Below, in pieces: positions 25,956 to 35,296 of a stretch of 64,000 nt of DNA. The stretch lies in the IMG/VR virus record IMGVR_UViG_3300021963_005223, positions 1-64,000 of that record; one strand, written 5' to 3'. The position numbers and the translations under genes were made by a program. How positions within the stretch are numbered: position 1 is the first letter of the stretch; the number at the start of each line of letters is the position of its first letter. The DNA comes from a virus. A model generated the notes under the pieces. That model searched no databases, had not been told where the DNA came from, and worked only from the letters and a program-made list of their open reading frames with translations.

Positions 25956-26522
25956 GTGATTGATATGATGCAAAAATTAAATTTACAGGTAAAAGAAGAA
26001 CATTCACGCCATTCGTTTTTCTTGCTGATGGAAGAAGTTACATTGGCAACTTGTAAACAAGCAGTTGAGTGGATATTTGAAAATAATTTCCAAGAAGATC
26101 GTGCCGATTTATTGAACATGGTTATCACTTCTCCAGGTGGTGACTTGAATGCAGCTTTTGCATTAGTTGATACTATGCGTGGTTCAGCTATCCCAATTAG
26201 AACAATCGGACTTGGTCAGATTGCTTCAGCTGGACTAATGATTTTTATTGCTGGTGAAAAAGGAAACCGAATCCTTACACCAAATACATCTATTCTTTCG
26301 CATCAATATTCGTGGGGTGCGTTTGGTAAAGAACATGAGTTATTTGCGACAGTGAAAGAATTTGATTTGACCACGAAACGTATGATTAGTCATTATAAAA
26401 AATGTACTGGATTATCTGAGAAAAAGATTCGTGAGGTTCTATTACCACCACAAGATATGTGGTTATCAGCAACCGAAGCAAAAGAGTTAGGATTGTGCGA
26501 TGCAGTTAAAGACATTAATTAA
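25956..26522 (+). CDS. clpP: ClpP-family protease subunit
   Basis: ITSPGG, GQIASAG, ILSHQ, DMWLSATEAKELGLCD. Confidence 0.88.
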   Translation: MIDMMQKLNLQVKEEHSRHSFFLLMEEVTLATCKQAVEWIFENNFQEDRADLLNMVITSPGGDLNAAFALVDTMRGSAIPIRTIGLGQIASAGLMIFIAGEKGNRILTPNTSILSHQYSWGAFGKEHELFATVKEFDLTTKRMISHYKKCTGLSEKKIREVLLPPQDMWLSATEAKELGLCDAVKDIN

Positions 26523-26691
26523 CTATTTAAAATACTCAGGAGTATGGGTTAACTTTGCTCTAAATCCATGTCATTGGTCATTTAGATCAGAGTTCATGCA
26601 CCCTGATGATTTAAATCCAAAAATGAAAGGTATATACTTGGTTTGTGGGTTTATTTCTGTCAGGATTATTATTGATGATGGAAGTTGGTAA
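26500..26691 (+). CDS. hypothetical protein
   Basis: Overlapping ORF ending IDDGSW. Confidence 0.5.
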   Translation: MQLKTLINYLKYSGVWVNFALNPCHWSFRSEFMHPDDLNPKMKGIYLVCGFISVRIIIDDGSW

Positions 26692-26951
26692 AGGGAGAAA
26701 ATATGCCAGAATTAACTAACAACAAAGACAAACTTGGATTTATTATTGGTGCAACGCTAATTATAATTACAGGAATTATTTGTTTAACGTTTTACAATTA
26801 TTATCAAACATTGGCGATTAAGTCGAACATCGAATCTGCTATCGTTAAAGGAATTGACCCTGTAGCAGTAAAATGCGCATATTCCAGTGGCGACGTTATG
26901 TGCGTAGCCTATGCAGTGGCTCACGGACAGGGAAATACTCCTAAAAAATAA
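26685..26951 (+). CDS. membrane-anchored hypothetical protein
   Basis: TM helix, GIDPVAVKCAY. Confidence 0.65.
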   Translation: MVKGENMPELTNNKDKLGFIIGATLIIITGIICLTFYNYYQTLAIKSNIESAIVKGIDPVAVKCAYSSGDVMCVAYAVAHGQGNTPKK

Positions 26952-27050
26952 CCCTACAGGTTAAGGGGTTATCTAACTCGTTGATTTTATACGAGTTTTT
27001 TAGGGGGTTTACAATAAATCAGTTTCGGTGTATAATAGTCTTATGATGAT
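26949..27050 (+). promoter_or_regulatory. stem-loop plus early promoter module, copy 2
   Basis: TAACCCT..GGGGTTA, ACTCGT..ACGAGT, TTTACA(27008)-17-TATAATAGTCTTATGATGA. Confidence 0.75.
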
Positions 27051-27065
27051 TGAAAAGGAACTGTT

Positions 27066-27275
27066 ATGAAATATCGTGTTATTGTAAATGGTGTATCTTT
27101 TTATACTACTGGTGCTGCTATCAAACGTGGTGTTGGTGATAATGTTTCAGTGAATACTGTTGTGAGACAATTGTTCGAAAATATGTTCAACGCAATTGGC
27201 ATCGCTTCTACAATGACAGTATACGACCATAAAATGGACCGAGTGAAGTATGACGTCCAAATATCTAAAGTTTAA
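27066..27275 (+). CDS. hypothetical early protein
   Basis: AAGGA RBS after the promoter. Confidence 0.65.
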   Translation: MKYRVIVNGVSFYTTGAAIKRGVGDNVSVNTVVRQLFENMFNAIGIASTMTVYDHKMDRVKYDVQISKV

Positions 27276-27276
27276 C

Positions 27277-27305
27277 TTTACATTAATTCAATACTCGGGT
27301 ATAAT
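27277..27305 (+). promoter_or_regulatory. early promoter
   Basis: TTTACA-17-TATAAT, near-identical to the 16291 promoter. Confidence 0.8.
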
Positions 27306-27311
27306 TATATT

Positions 27312-27662
27312 ATGATTCTTATTCACACTGGTCTTGGTCGATCCAAGAAACGTAAGCCAAATGCAAAGCAACGTGAGTTGCAAGCATCATGGGAAGCCAT
27401 GATAAAGAAGTATGCCACAAAGAAGGTTGCTCCAAGAAAAGAGCAATCACTCAGTGACGTATACTCACTCGGTACACCTGCTTGTCGTGAGACACCTAAG
27501 ATTCCGAGTCTTCCATTTACTGCTGGTCCATGCACCAAAGCACCTGACAAGGTGTATACTGGTACTGCGATCAAAGGTATTGGTACTATGCATAAGTCAA
27601 ATGCTGTTCCTATCTTTTCAGATCAGGAAGCGATTGACATTGCTAAAATGAGGAGAGGTTGA
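27312..27662 (+). CDS. conserved basic phage protein (…GIGTMHKSNAVP…)
   Basis: HKSNAVP motif. Confidence 0.7.
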   Translation: MILIHTGLGRSKKRKPNAKQRELQASWEAMIKKYATKKVAPRKEQSLSDVYSLGTPACRETPKIPSLPFTAGPCTKAPDKVYTGTAIKGIGTMHKSNAVPIFSDQEAIDIAKMRRG

Positions 27663-27898
27663 TGGACAAAAAGATCTTAATGAAGATTCGTTTAAAGCAA
27701 GATGGAACGTGGGAACATGTTTATAACGATGGTTCTACGGATCAAGAGTTTTATGAATTGAACATTGTAGAACTTGCTCGCATTCAACGTGAAAAACTCT
27801 TTAATCAATCGCAAGACTATCTAGAACAAGCAGTAGAGTTGTCTGGATATAAAGATGCGAAAGAAGTTATTGCTCATATACAACGAAAGACTAAATAA
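27659..27898 (+). CDS. hypothetical protein
   Basis: Coupled ORF. Confidence 0.55.
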   Translation: MMDKKILMKIRLKQDGTWEHVYNDGSTDQEFYELNIVELARIQREKLFNQSQDYLEQAVELSGYKDAKEVIAHIQRKTK

Positions 27899-28170
27899 TG
27901 AACGCTAAATTGAATAAAATTGTATCCGCAAGTCATGCAGGTGATGTTAAGGATGTTCAAGATCTTTACATTAGCCTATTGAATGACAAAATGAAACTTG
28001 ACAAATTTTTTAGTATGTATCTGGATAAATTCGGTAACAAAATGGATCCCGAAAAAACTGATACTAATATCTGGAAACTTTATAATCTTAAATCGAAAGA
28101 ATATTCGGAACTTAATCATGCTATTAGAACAGCCAGTTATTACCTCAATAAACACGCTAAGAATGTTTAA
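27898..28170 (+). CDS. hypothetical protein
   Basis: Coupled ORF. Confidence 0.55.
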   Translation: MNAKLNKIVSASHAGDVKDVQDLYISLLNDKMKLDKFFSMYLDKFGNKMDPEKTDTNIWKLYNLKSKEYSELNHAIRTASYYLNKHAKNV

Positions 28171-28378
28171 AACTTCAAACGAATTTTCTCTTTACATTGA
28201 ACAAGTTGTCAATGAAAAACGCATCACGCACATGGATGCTATTCTTGAATATTGTAAAGAGAACTATCTTGAGCCACAGGATATTGCTAAGTTAGTCAAT
28301 AAATCCTTAAAAGAAAAGGTGGCTCTTAATATGCAAGAGTTAAATTATCTCCCTAAGAAAGCACAACTGGATGTTTAA
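28163..28378 (+). CDS. gp33: late transcription coactivator
   Basis: FSLYIE..MDAILEYC..LKEKV..LNYLPK. Syntenic with gp59 and gp32. Confidence 0.85.
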   Translation: MFKTSNEFSLYIEQVVNEKRITHMDAILEYCKENYLEPQDIAKLVNKSLKEKVALNMQELNYLPKKAQLDV

Positions 28379-28559
28379 GTATTTCTGGTTAGTTATACCA
28401 GCAGTTGCATATGTAATTATGATAGGGTCGCTTTTTTATGTTCTCGCAAAACAAGAAAACAGAACTATTCGATATGATTGTACTTGGGTAGAGATCTCTC
28501 CAGATATTCCACCTAAAGTAAAAGAAGAATGTAGGAAGAAACTAAGTGGACGGATTTAA
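28371..28559 (+). CDS. small membrane protein
   Basis: TM helix, EISPDIP. Confidence 0.55.
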   Translation: MFKYFWLVIPAVAYVIMIGSLFYVLAKQENRTIRYDCTWVEISPDIPPKVKEECRKKLSGRI

Positions 28560-29160
28560 AGCGTATAAGTATTACATAGCTGTCAAACTCCATTTCACCA
28601 AAGACAATTTCGATGTATTTAAAAATCGTGGTAACCTAAAGGGAACACGTGATGCATTTAATGCAAGGAACGATCGTTTAATGTTCGAGAAACTTGCAAG
28701 GAAATATCCTGTTGATAAGGATTTGATACAATATTATGTGGCTACCTTTGCTTATGGTAGTGATACAGCAGTTTATTCTATGGAAGAAGCAGAAAGTAAT
28801 TTGATTGAGTGGAATCGCAGAAAGCAAAGTATCACTAAAATTTTCTCTGATGATTGCAATAAAATTTTATTGGATGCTTGCAAGAATAAATTTAAAGAAG
28901 ATTTTATTTTTAACTTGACAAATAAAGGTTATTGTAGTATACTTAAATTATTCCTTGGTAATCAGATAACACTTGAAACAGTCAGAATTATTGATGACTT
29001 TCATCCTATGATTGATACTTGGAAAACTAACTCGTCAATGATATTACTTTGGGAAAACGATATACGTAGAATTGAAAAATCTAAAGGTTTCGTGAAATAC
29101 GATAAGATTAAAATTCAAAAAGTTTTTAATAGTTTCTTGGAAGAAGTTAAAGAGTTATAA
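28546..29160 (+). CDS. gp59: helicase loader
   Basis: YKYYIAVKLHF, ITLET. Synteny. Confidence 0.85.
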   Translation: MDGFKAYKYYIAVKLHFTKDNFDVFKNRGNLKGTRDAFNARNDRLMFEKLARKYPVDKDLIQYYVATFAYGSDTAVYSMEEAESNLIEWNRRKQSITKIFSDDCNKILLDACKNKFKEDFIFNLTNKGYCSILKLFLGNQITLETVRIIDDFHPMIDTWKTNSSMILLWENDIRRIEKSKGFVKYDKIKIQKVFNSFLEEVKEL

Positions 29161-29161
29161 A

Positions 29162-29386
29162 ATGGGCAAGACTTGGAATAATCATTCGAAGAAATTCGAT
29201 GATGAGCAAGCCAGTAAGCGATCTGGTAAACATGCTAAACATTCTAATAATAAAAAGAGTGGAGGTATGAAAACGCTAAATAGTTATGTTGAAGAAGATT
29301 ATGATGATCCTTTCGAGGATACACTTGAAATTCATGATGAGATTTTTATACAACATAATACTAATACAAACGACGATACTCCGTAA
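29162..29386 (+). CDS. hypothetical protein (basic N-term, acidic C-term)
   Basis: ORF between gp59 and gp32. Confidence 0.55.
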   Translation: MGKTWNNHSKKFDDEQASKRSGKHAKHSNNKKSGGMKTLNSYVEEDYDDPFEDTLEIHDEIFIQHNTNTNDDTP

Positions 29387-29403
29387 ATACGAAAGGAAAT
29401 ACT

Positions 29404-30312
29404 ATGGACATTCAAGCACTTCGCAAAATGCGCAATTCTGACTTCGGCAAAATCGCTGGAGAGTTCGAGAAAATCGCAAATCCCCAAACCCAAACTAAGT
29501 CATATGCTGATGATCGCTTCTGGAAACTAGAAGGTGATAAAGCAGGTAATGGTACAGCCACACTTCGCTTTCTACCACGTGTAGAGGGTGATGAGTTGCC
29601 ATGGGTTCGTATATTTTCTCATGGATTCCAAGGTCCGACTGGGAAATGGTATATTGAAAATTCCCTCACTACTCTTAATGAGAACGATCCAGTCGGTGAG
29701 TTGAACACCAAACTTTGGAACTCTGGTTCTGAAGCCAACAAGAAAATTGCTCAAGCACAAAAGCGTAAACTAAGTTTTATCGCTAACGTGTTGATCGTTT
29801 CTGATCCTAAGCACCCAGAGAACGAAGGTAAAGTATTCCTATTTAAATTTGGTAAGAAAATCTTTGATAAGATTATGGACAAAGCACGTCCTACTTTCGA
29901 AGATGAAAAGCCAGTGAACGTGTTCGACTTCTGGGAAGGTGCCAACTTCAAACTGCGTATGCGTAAGAAGGATGGTTATACCAATTATGATGAATCTGCT
30001 TTCGCTGAGCCATCTGCAATTTCATCTGACGATGAAGCAATTCTTAAGGTTGCTAATGCTCAATATAAATTGGCAGAGTTCCTCGATCGTAAGAACTTCA
30101 AGTCTTATGATGAGTTGAAAAAGAAACTGGAAGAAGTATTGTCTGGTGATTCTTTTGCAGGTAAATCTGCAGCTGAACTTTCTGAGGAAGAAGATCGTCC
30201 AGTTGCTTCTGCACCAAAGATCGCAAGTAAACCTGCACCATCCATTGCGTCAGCTAGTGACGACGATGAAGATGTAATGTCTTATTTCGAGAAGATTGCT
30301 AAAGAAGATTAA
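29404..30312 (+). CDS. gp32: single-stranded DNA-binding protein
   Basis: DDRFWK, RFLP, WYIENSLTT, FGKKIFDKI, GANFKL, acidic tail. Confidence 0.97.
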   Translation: MDIQALRKMRNSDFGKIAGEFEKIANPQTQTKSYADDRFWKLEGDKAGNGTATLRFLPRVEGDELPWVRIFSHGFQGPTGKWYIENSLTTLNENDPVGELNTKLWNSGSEANKKIAQAQKRKLSFIANVLIVSDPKHPENEGKVFLFKFGKKIFDKIMDKARPTFEDEKPVNVFDFWEGANFKLRMRKKDGYTNYDESAFAEPSAISSDDEAILKVANAQYKLAEFLDRKNFKSYDELKKKLEEVLSGDSFAGKSAAELSEEEDRPVASAPKIASKPAPSIASASDDDEDVMSYFEKIAKED

Positions 30313-30330
30313 TCTTTAGAGTAGAAAAGA

Positions 30331-30356
30331 AAAGGGAGCTTCGGCTCCCTTTTTTA
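30331..30356. terminator. bidirectional intrinsic terminator
   Basis: AAAGGGAGC-TTCG-GCTCCCTTTTTT between convergent genes. Confidence 0.9.
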
Positions 30357-32150
30357 TTATGTTGCGAATCGTGACCTAACGTATCGACTCATTGTTTGTT
30401 CTTGATTGCGAACAGGTAATTGAACCACTGAATTATTAGTTGTCTTATTATTTGTTACTGGAGCGACAACAGTATTACCACCACTACCACCACCTGCTAC
30501 TGCAGCAGTTCTGGCTCCATCATTGGCAGCTGATTGATTGGAAACGAAGTTTGCTTGTCCCATCGCTGCACCCATAGCAACAATTTTATCAGTAGGTAAT
30601 GCAGCAATGGCTTTAATATTTTCTGGTTTAATATCAGAGAACATCTTAAGTCCAGCACCAAGTTTCTCAACACCAATACCTGCTTTCTCAATATTTTGTC
30701 CATGTTCACCTAAAGCAATAATCTGATCCACTGGAGATTTTTGTCCAGAAACTTTAGATAGTAGACCACCAACTAAGTTGCCTATACCACCTACTACGTT
30801 GGCTGCAGCAAAAGCAGCCATACCACCAGAAACTGCCAGTAAACCTGCGCCAACCATCATAAGATTGTTTCCATCTACAGCAGCTAATCTTTCAATGGAA
30901 GAGGTGATAGCATTTATGGTTGCAATAATTGCTTCAGATATGGCTCCGATAACACCCATAACAACATTACCGACAGCACTAATAATTTCAGGAATTTTTT
31001 CAATAGCTGCCACGAATACGTTTTGAACAACGTCTGCCACTTTAATTAAAACTGGAGCGAATGCTTCCATAAATGGCGCAGCGTATTCAAGTGCTTTACC
31101 TATTCCCATAAACGCTAAAACTGCTGCACCAAGACCTAGAAGAACTTTTGGATTTGCTAAAGCAGAAACACCTTGCGCAATTCCTATTAGCAGTGCTTTA
31201 ATACCTGCACCTGCGCCAGCACCGATTGATTTTAAACCAGCTCCAAGTGCTTTAAATCCTGCACCTAGTGCTCCTAGTATTCCAGCACCCATCCCACTAC
31301 CATCACTGGGAGCAGCTGCTTTCATTTTATCACCACCCATTGCAGATGTGTTCTTTGATATTTCTTGTAGTAGTTTAGTTTGTGCTTCTTCACGACGAGC
31401 AGATTCCATTTCTTCTTCAGAAACATTCATCGCATCGTTTTGTTCTTTATTTGTTAATTCAGTTCCAGCTGCTTGTGGTTTTGCTATTAAATTCGCACGT
31501 AAGTCTGTTTTAGCAAATGCATCAGATAGTGATTCACGTTTAGATAATAAACGCTGTCCTTCTTTCGTACCAGCCATTTGTTTATCATTTAAGCCAGTTT
31601 CTTTTTTAAACTTTTCTAAATCAGCTTCATTTGATTTAATACTCTTTGCTGTCTTATTTCTTTCTTCAAAATCTTGACCAAGTTCTTTATATGACTTTTC
31701 GCTTCCTAGTTTCTTTTGCTGATCAGCGAATTCTCTTGAAGCAATTTTCTTATCAAACATACCACCTACATTAATTGCTTTGAGTGCAGTTGTCCCTGTT
31801 GCTCTGGCTGATCCAAATTTATCCCCAAAACTTTTCCCAAGATTTGCAAATTTATCTCTAATCGAGTCGAAGGTTTTTACAGTTGACGCTATATTTGCAA
31901 TTGCTTCAGATTCTTCACCTTTGATTCTTTTTAATTCGTCCGCAGAAACTTTACTAACTTGAACAAGTTCTTCTTGTTGTTCTAGCTGTTTCTTTTGGAC
32001 TTTAAGTATTTCTTCTTCACGTTTAGCTGGCGCACCAGATTCAGCCAATGTTCTAATTGTTTGAATGTGTTCTAGCGATAACTGTTGAACTTCCAACAGT
32101 TTCTTAAAATCGCTCGATTGAACATGAATCGTCATCGGTGGTTTAGCCAT
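30357..32150 (-). CDS. putative tape-measure / baseplate hub protein (gp29-like)
   Basis: Coiled-coil plus Ala/Gly-rich hydrophobic repeats, C-terminal NTVVAPVTNN, downstream of gp26/gp51. Confidence 0.65.
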   Translation of the reverse strand: MAKPPMTIHVQSSDFKKLLEVQQLSLEHIQTIRTLAESGAPAKREEEILKVQKKQLEQQEELVQVSKVSADELKRIKGEESEAIANIASTVKTFDSIRDKFANLGKSFGDKFGSARATGTTALKAINVGGMFDKKIASREFADQQKKLGSEKSYKELGQDFEERNKTAKSIKSNEADLEKFKKETGLNDKQMAGTKEGQRLLSKRESLSDAFAKTDLRANLIAKPQAAGTELTNKEQNDAMNVSEEEMESARREEAQTKLLQEISKNTSAMGGDKMKAAAPSDGSGMGAGILGALGAGFKALGAGLKSIGAGAGAGIKALLIGIAQGVSALANPKVLLGLGAAVLAFMGIGKALEYAAPFMEAFAPVLIKVADVVQNVFVAAIEKIPEIISAVGNVVMGVIGAISEAIIATINAITSSIERLAAVDGNNLMMVGAGLLAVSGGMAAFAAANVVGGIGNLVGGLLSKVSGQKSPVDQIIALGEHGQNIEKAGIGVEKLGAGLKMFSDIKPENIKAIAALPTDKIVAMGAAMGQANFVSNQSAANDGARTAAVAGGGSGGNTVVAPVTNNKTTNNSVVQLPVRNQEQTMSRYVRSRFAT

Positions 32151-32153
32151 ACT

Positions 32154-32342
32154 TTACCTTTTTTTCTGTGCTTCTAATCTCTGTTTTTCTTCTTCTAAAT
32201 GCTTAATTAACATGGCAACATACACTTCTCTTTCAAACGGAATCATATTCTCAAGTTCCGTTAGCGAGTATTTGTGGTACTGCATCAAAGCAAAATTCAT
32301 TTTATAATAATTGAACAAACTATCATGACAAAGGTTTATTAA
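32154..32342 (-). CDS. baseplate hub assembly protein (gp51-like), possibly expressed by frameshift
   Basis: LINLCHDSLFNYYKMNFALMQYHKYSLTELENMIPFEREVY. First in-frame ATG only at 32300. Not in the ORF track. Confidence 0.75.
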   Translation of the reverse strand, partial: LINLCHDSLFNYYKMNFALMQYHKYSLTELENMIPFEREVYVAMLIKHLEEEKQRLEAQKKR

Positions 32343-33058
32343 AAAAAACTTTGGAGTCCCTCCAAAACTTTATGGTGAGCACGATTACAAACAGGGCAGT
32401 TATAATTAACTTCTTGTTTTAATCTCGGCATAGTTTCAAAGAACTTTTGCACTTTGGCAAATTGCTCAGAAGTTAAGTTGTTAATAAAATCTAACAGTTC
32501 TTCTTGAGTCTGTTCTTTTCCATAAAATAGTTCGTCACCTTGATAAATGTAATCAATACATTCAGCAACAATTTTGAATAAATCATCAAGATTGTTTACA
32601 TCAAGGTTCTGTAATTTCTTTAACACTTGCATTGTAGGGTATTTCATCACAACACCAACGTCGCCGAATAAGTGAACCTTATTATTGTGGTCTGGTGATT
32701 TTTCTACCTGCAGTTTCGTAATATCAAAAGAGATTTGAACTCTGGCTTTTTCATCTTCGCAAACATCACATGGGAAAATTAAATCTACAGTTTCCCCAAC
32801 AGACTTTGCACGCAATTGAGTGAAAATATATTCTAAATCAAATGTTGCTATTTCATCAGCATTAAAATCTCCAACTACACACGTCTTAATAACATCTTTA
32901 AGCGTATTAACCATAACGATTGGGTCTTCGCTTTGTTGTGCCATCATTAATGCTTTTTCTTCACGAACCAAAAATGGTCTATATTTTACTTCTTTCCCAG
33001 TAGATGGGATCGTCAACGTATACGTTGGCGTGCTACTCATTGGTAATGCCATATTCAA
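32339..33058 (-). CDS. baseplate hub / assembly chaperone (gp26-like)
   Basis: PTYTLTIPSTG..YRPFLVREEK, LRAKSVGE, FFETMP, GLQSFF. Confidence 0.85.
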   Translation of the reverse strand: MNMALPMSSTPTYTLTIPSTGKEVKYRPFLVREEKALMMAQQSEDPIVMVNTLKDVIKTCVVGDFNADEIATFDLEYIFTQLRAKSVGETVDLIFPCDVCEDEKARVQISFDITKLQVEKSPDHNNKVHLFGDVGVVMKYPTMQVLKKLQNLDVNNLDDLFKIVAECIDYIYQGDELFYGKEQTQEELLDFINNLTSEQFAKVQKFFETMPRLKQEVNYNCPVCNRAHHKVLEGLQSFF

Positions 33059-33480
33059 TCTCCTTTAGTCATATTCTTAATAAGTTTATTCAACTCAGTC
33101 GTGCTACCAACAAAGATAGCGTTATTATTAGTTACCTGTTTTGCTGCTTCAGCTTTACTAGGTGCATCAAGTTTTTGTTTTTGCTGATGTAAGTCCATCA
33201 ATTGTTGGTTTACGTCAGCTAATTGTTTCATCAAATTGCCCACAACTTCGAAAGCACGTGGGTGCTCAGATTGTTTTGCAACTTCCAATGCATCTGTTAA
33301 TGCCAATTGTCCTTGTTGCAATAATACACGAAGATTGTTTCTGGCGACTGTATAGTCGTCTTCAATCTTTTCATTTACTGGAGTTATAGTATTTCCTGTA
33401 GAATCCAATACTTCAACTTCAGTTTTCTTTTCAATCTTAACTGTATCAAAAACTTCTGACAATTTATCATCAATTTTCAT
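33055..33480 (-). CDS. terminase small subunit (gp16-like)
   Basis: DDY..AR.NL, SEHPRAFEV, NNAIFVGST. Confidence 0.75.
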   Translation of the reverse strand: MKIDDKLSEVFDTVKIEKKTEVEVLDSTGNTITPVNEKIEDDYTVARNNLRVLLQQGQLALTDALEVAKQSEHPRAFEVVGNLMKQLADVNQQLMDLHQQKQKLDAPSKAEAAKQVTNNNAIFVGSTTELNKLIKNMTKGD

Positions 33481-33493
33481 AATAATCCTTTAT

Positions 33494-34195
33494 TTATTCT
33501 CTACCACTAAAGTTCATAGTGTTGTAATCTTGTTGAAATCCAGTAAAGTTAGAAGCATATTGTTCTGGTACACTTGCATAGCTAGACAGTTCTCTATCAT
33601 TAAGTGTTGGTAGTTTTGTCCAACGTGCCCAAGGAGATTCTTTAGTTTCCATCGGAGCAGAAAACGATCTAGAAGTCCAATATTTGTAATTCATAGAAAT
33701 TTGTAATTTCATAACTTCTTTTTGGTCATATCCAACTTGAATCTGTCCAACATTTTTTGGATAGCATTCATTCATTTCAATTTCGTAGCGTTTTCTATTT
33801 TTAGTGTCTTCTACTTCAATTTTAATTTCTGATGTATAGTCATCATAATAGTTAAAATTTCTAGAAAATGGATCTTGAATTGACTCCATCCACTGATCAA
33901 AAAACTTTTTAACTTCCATGTTGTTATCTACATAAAAAGATAAATTGGCATTATCAAACATTTTTTCGTTTGGTGCTTCACGAACTTCACCATGAATTCT
34001 AATCTGATTGGTTGCCATAGTTACACCTGGGATAGTTATATCAGAACAGAATAAAAGAATTTTTCTCATGTTTGGTGCATACGACATACTCTTAGGGACT
34101 CTAATTGATACAGTATATCTTGATGTTCTCATCAACCCTTCGGTTTTAACCAGAGAGATAAAATTCTTTAAAACTCCATTTTTTGGTTCAGACAT
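33494..34195 (-). CDS. tail tube initiator (gp54/gp19-like)
   Basis: CSDITIPG, FFDQW, YYDDY, ECYP. Confidence 0.7.
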   Translation of the reverse strand: MSEPKNGVLKNFISLVKTEGLMRTSRYTVSIRVPKSMSYAPNMRKILLFCSDITIPGVTMATNQIRIHGEVREAPNEKMFDNANLSFYVDNNMEVKKFFDQWMESIQDPFSRNFNYYDDYTSEIKIEVEDTKNRKRYEIEMNECYPKNVGQIQVGYDQKEVMKLQISMNYKYWTSRSFSAPMETKESPWARWTKLPTLNDRELSSYASVPEQYASNFTGFQQDYNTMNFSGRE

Positions 34196-34198
34196 TTT

Positions 34199-34798
34199 TT
34201 AACCCATTTTTCTAAGTGAATCTGCCCAGATTGCATCTTTAGATGAACCCACAAATCTTTCAACTGGAAGCAACATTGCAGTAGCCCAATCATTTGCAGG
34301 AATTTCCCTAAAGGGTGATCTTACATGATTTAACAGATAATGTTTAACGCATGGAATCGCTCCATTATAACGAGATACTCCATCTATAAGTGCCCAAGAA
34401 TATTTGATTCTTGTCGTTTCGTTCATTTTATCGTTACTCTTAAAAATCATTAAACGATCTAGTAAACGAACACGTAATTGGTATGGTAAATAATGCATAT
34501 TTAAACCCAAGAATCCACCTTCTACTTTTCTAAACGGGAAAACTAGAGGGAACCTATCATAATACGGTAGAGTATCTTTTAGTTTTGGGTCATAAAAATA
34601 CATATAAAGTTTCCCAGGAGTGATACTGGTCTTTAGTTGTGTCGTATCGCCCTGTAATACTTTAGGTGGTGTTATTCTCTGTTTGTTTAACAGTAGAACT
34701 TGTTGTTCAAACCAGCCACGAGACTTTTTAGCTGCAGTCTTGAGGTCGTATTGGTTTTTCTCAAATACGTCTTGTAATGTTGTTGGATTTTTAGCCAT
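34199..34798 (-). CDS. gp2: DNA end protector
   Basis: YDPKLKDTLPYYDRFPL, GLNMHYLP, LPVERF. Confidence 0.9.
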   Translation of the reverse strand: MAKNPTTLQDVFEKNQYDLKTAAKKSRGWFEQQVLLLNKQRITPPKVLQGDTTQLKTSITPGKLYMYFYDPKLKDTLPYYDRFPLVFPFRKVEGGFLGLNMHYLPYQLRVRLLDRLMIFKSNDKMNETTRIKYSWALIDGVSRYNGAIPCVKHYLLNHVRSPFREIPANDWATAMLLPVERFVGSSKDAIWADSLRKMG

Positions 34799-34813
34799 AT
34801 TATTATTTAGGCA

Positions 34814-35248
34814 TTATAAGCCAAGTTCGTTTTCTGTAATGATTTTAAATTCCCACCCACGATCTTTGGCGTATTCTGTAGCTGCTTGCCATTTAGCCTG
34901 ATTTTTAATAAAAGTCATAGATTCAGTTATGTATTTCTGTGTTTGGCGACCTGGATATTCAGGTGGTTGAGTTTGTTTAAAAGGTTTAACCTCGATAAGA
35001 TAGGTCTTTAATATACCATCTTTTTGTTTAACTTGTATCTGAAAATCAACAAAATAACGATGTAATTTATTGTCTGTGGGACATCTATATGGAACTATAG
35101 TTTCCTCGGATCTCCATTTTATAACTGAGGGGTTTTTGTCACACCAAGAAGCGAATCTGGTCTCCCAGGAGCTGCGCATAATTATGTTTGTTGGATCCCC
35201 AGCATATTTTTCTGGAAATATTGGTTTGAATAATCTTTTGTGAAACAT
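34814..35248 (-). CDS. gp4: head completion nuclease
   Basis: RSSWE, HRYFVDF, IEVKP, NQAKW, ITENELG. Confidence 0.92.
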   Translation of the reverse strand: MFHKRLFKPIFPEKYAGDPTNIIMRSSWETRFASWCDKNPSVIKWRSEETIVPYRCPTDNKLHRYFVDFQIQVKQKDGILKTYLIEVKPFKQTQPPEYPGRQTQKYITESMTFIKNQAKWQAATEYAKDRGWEFKIITENELGL

Positions 35249-35250
35249 GC

Positions 35251-35281
35251 CTAAATAATATGATATCGATCAACTATTTAG
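35251..35281. promoter_or_regulatory. opposed pair of late promoters
   Basis: CTAAATA on + (35251) and on - (35275-35281) between divergent structural operons. Confidence 0.7.
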
Positions 35282-35296
35282 CTTCAGGATACAAAT

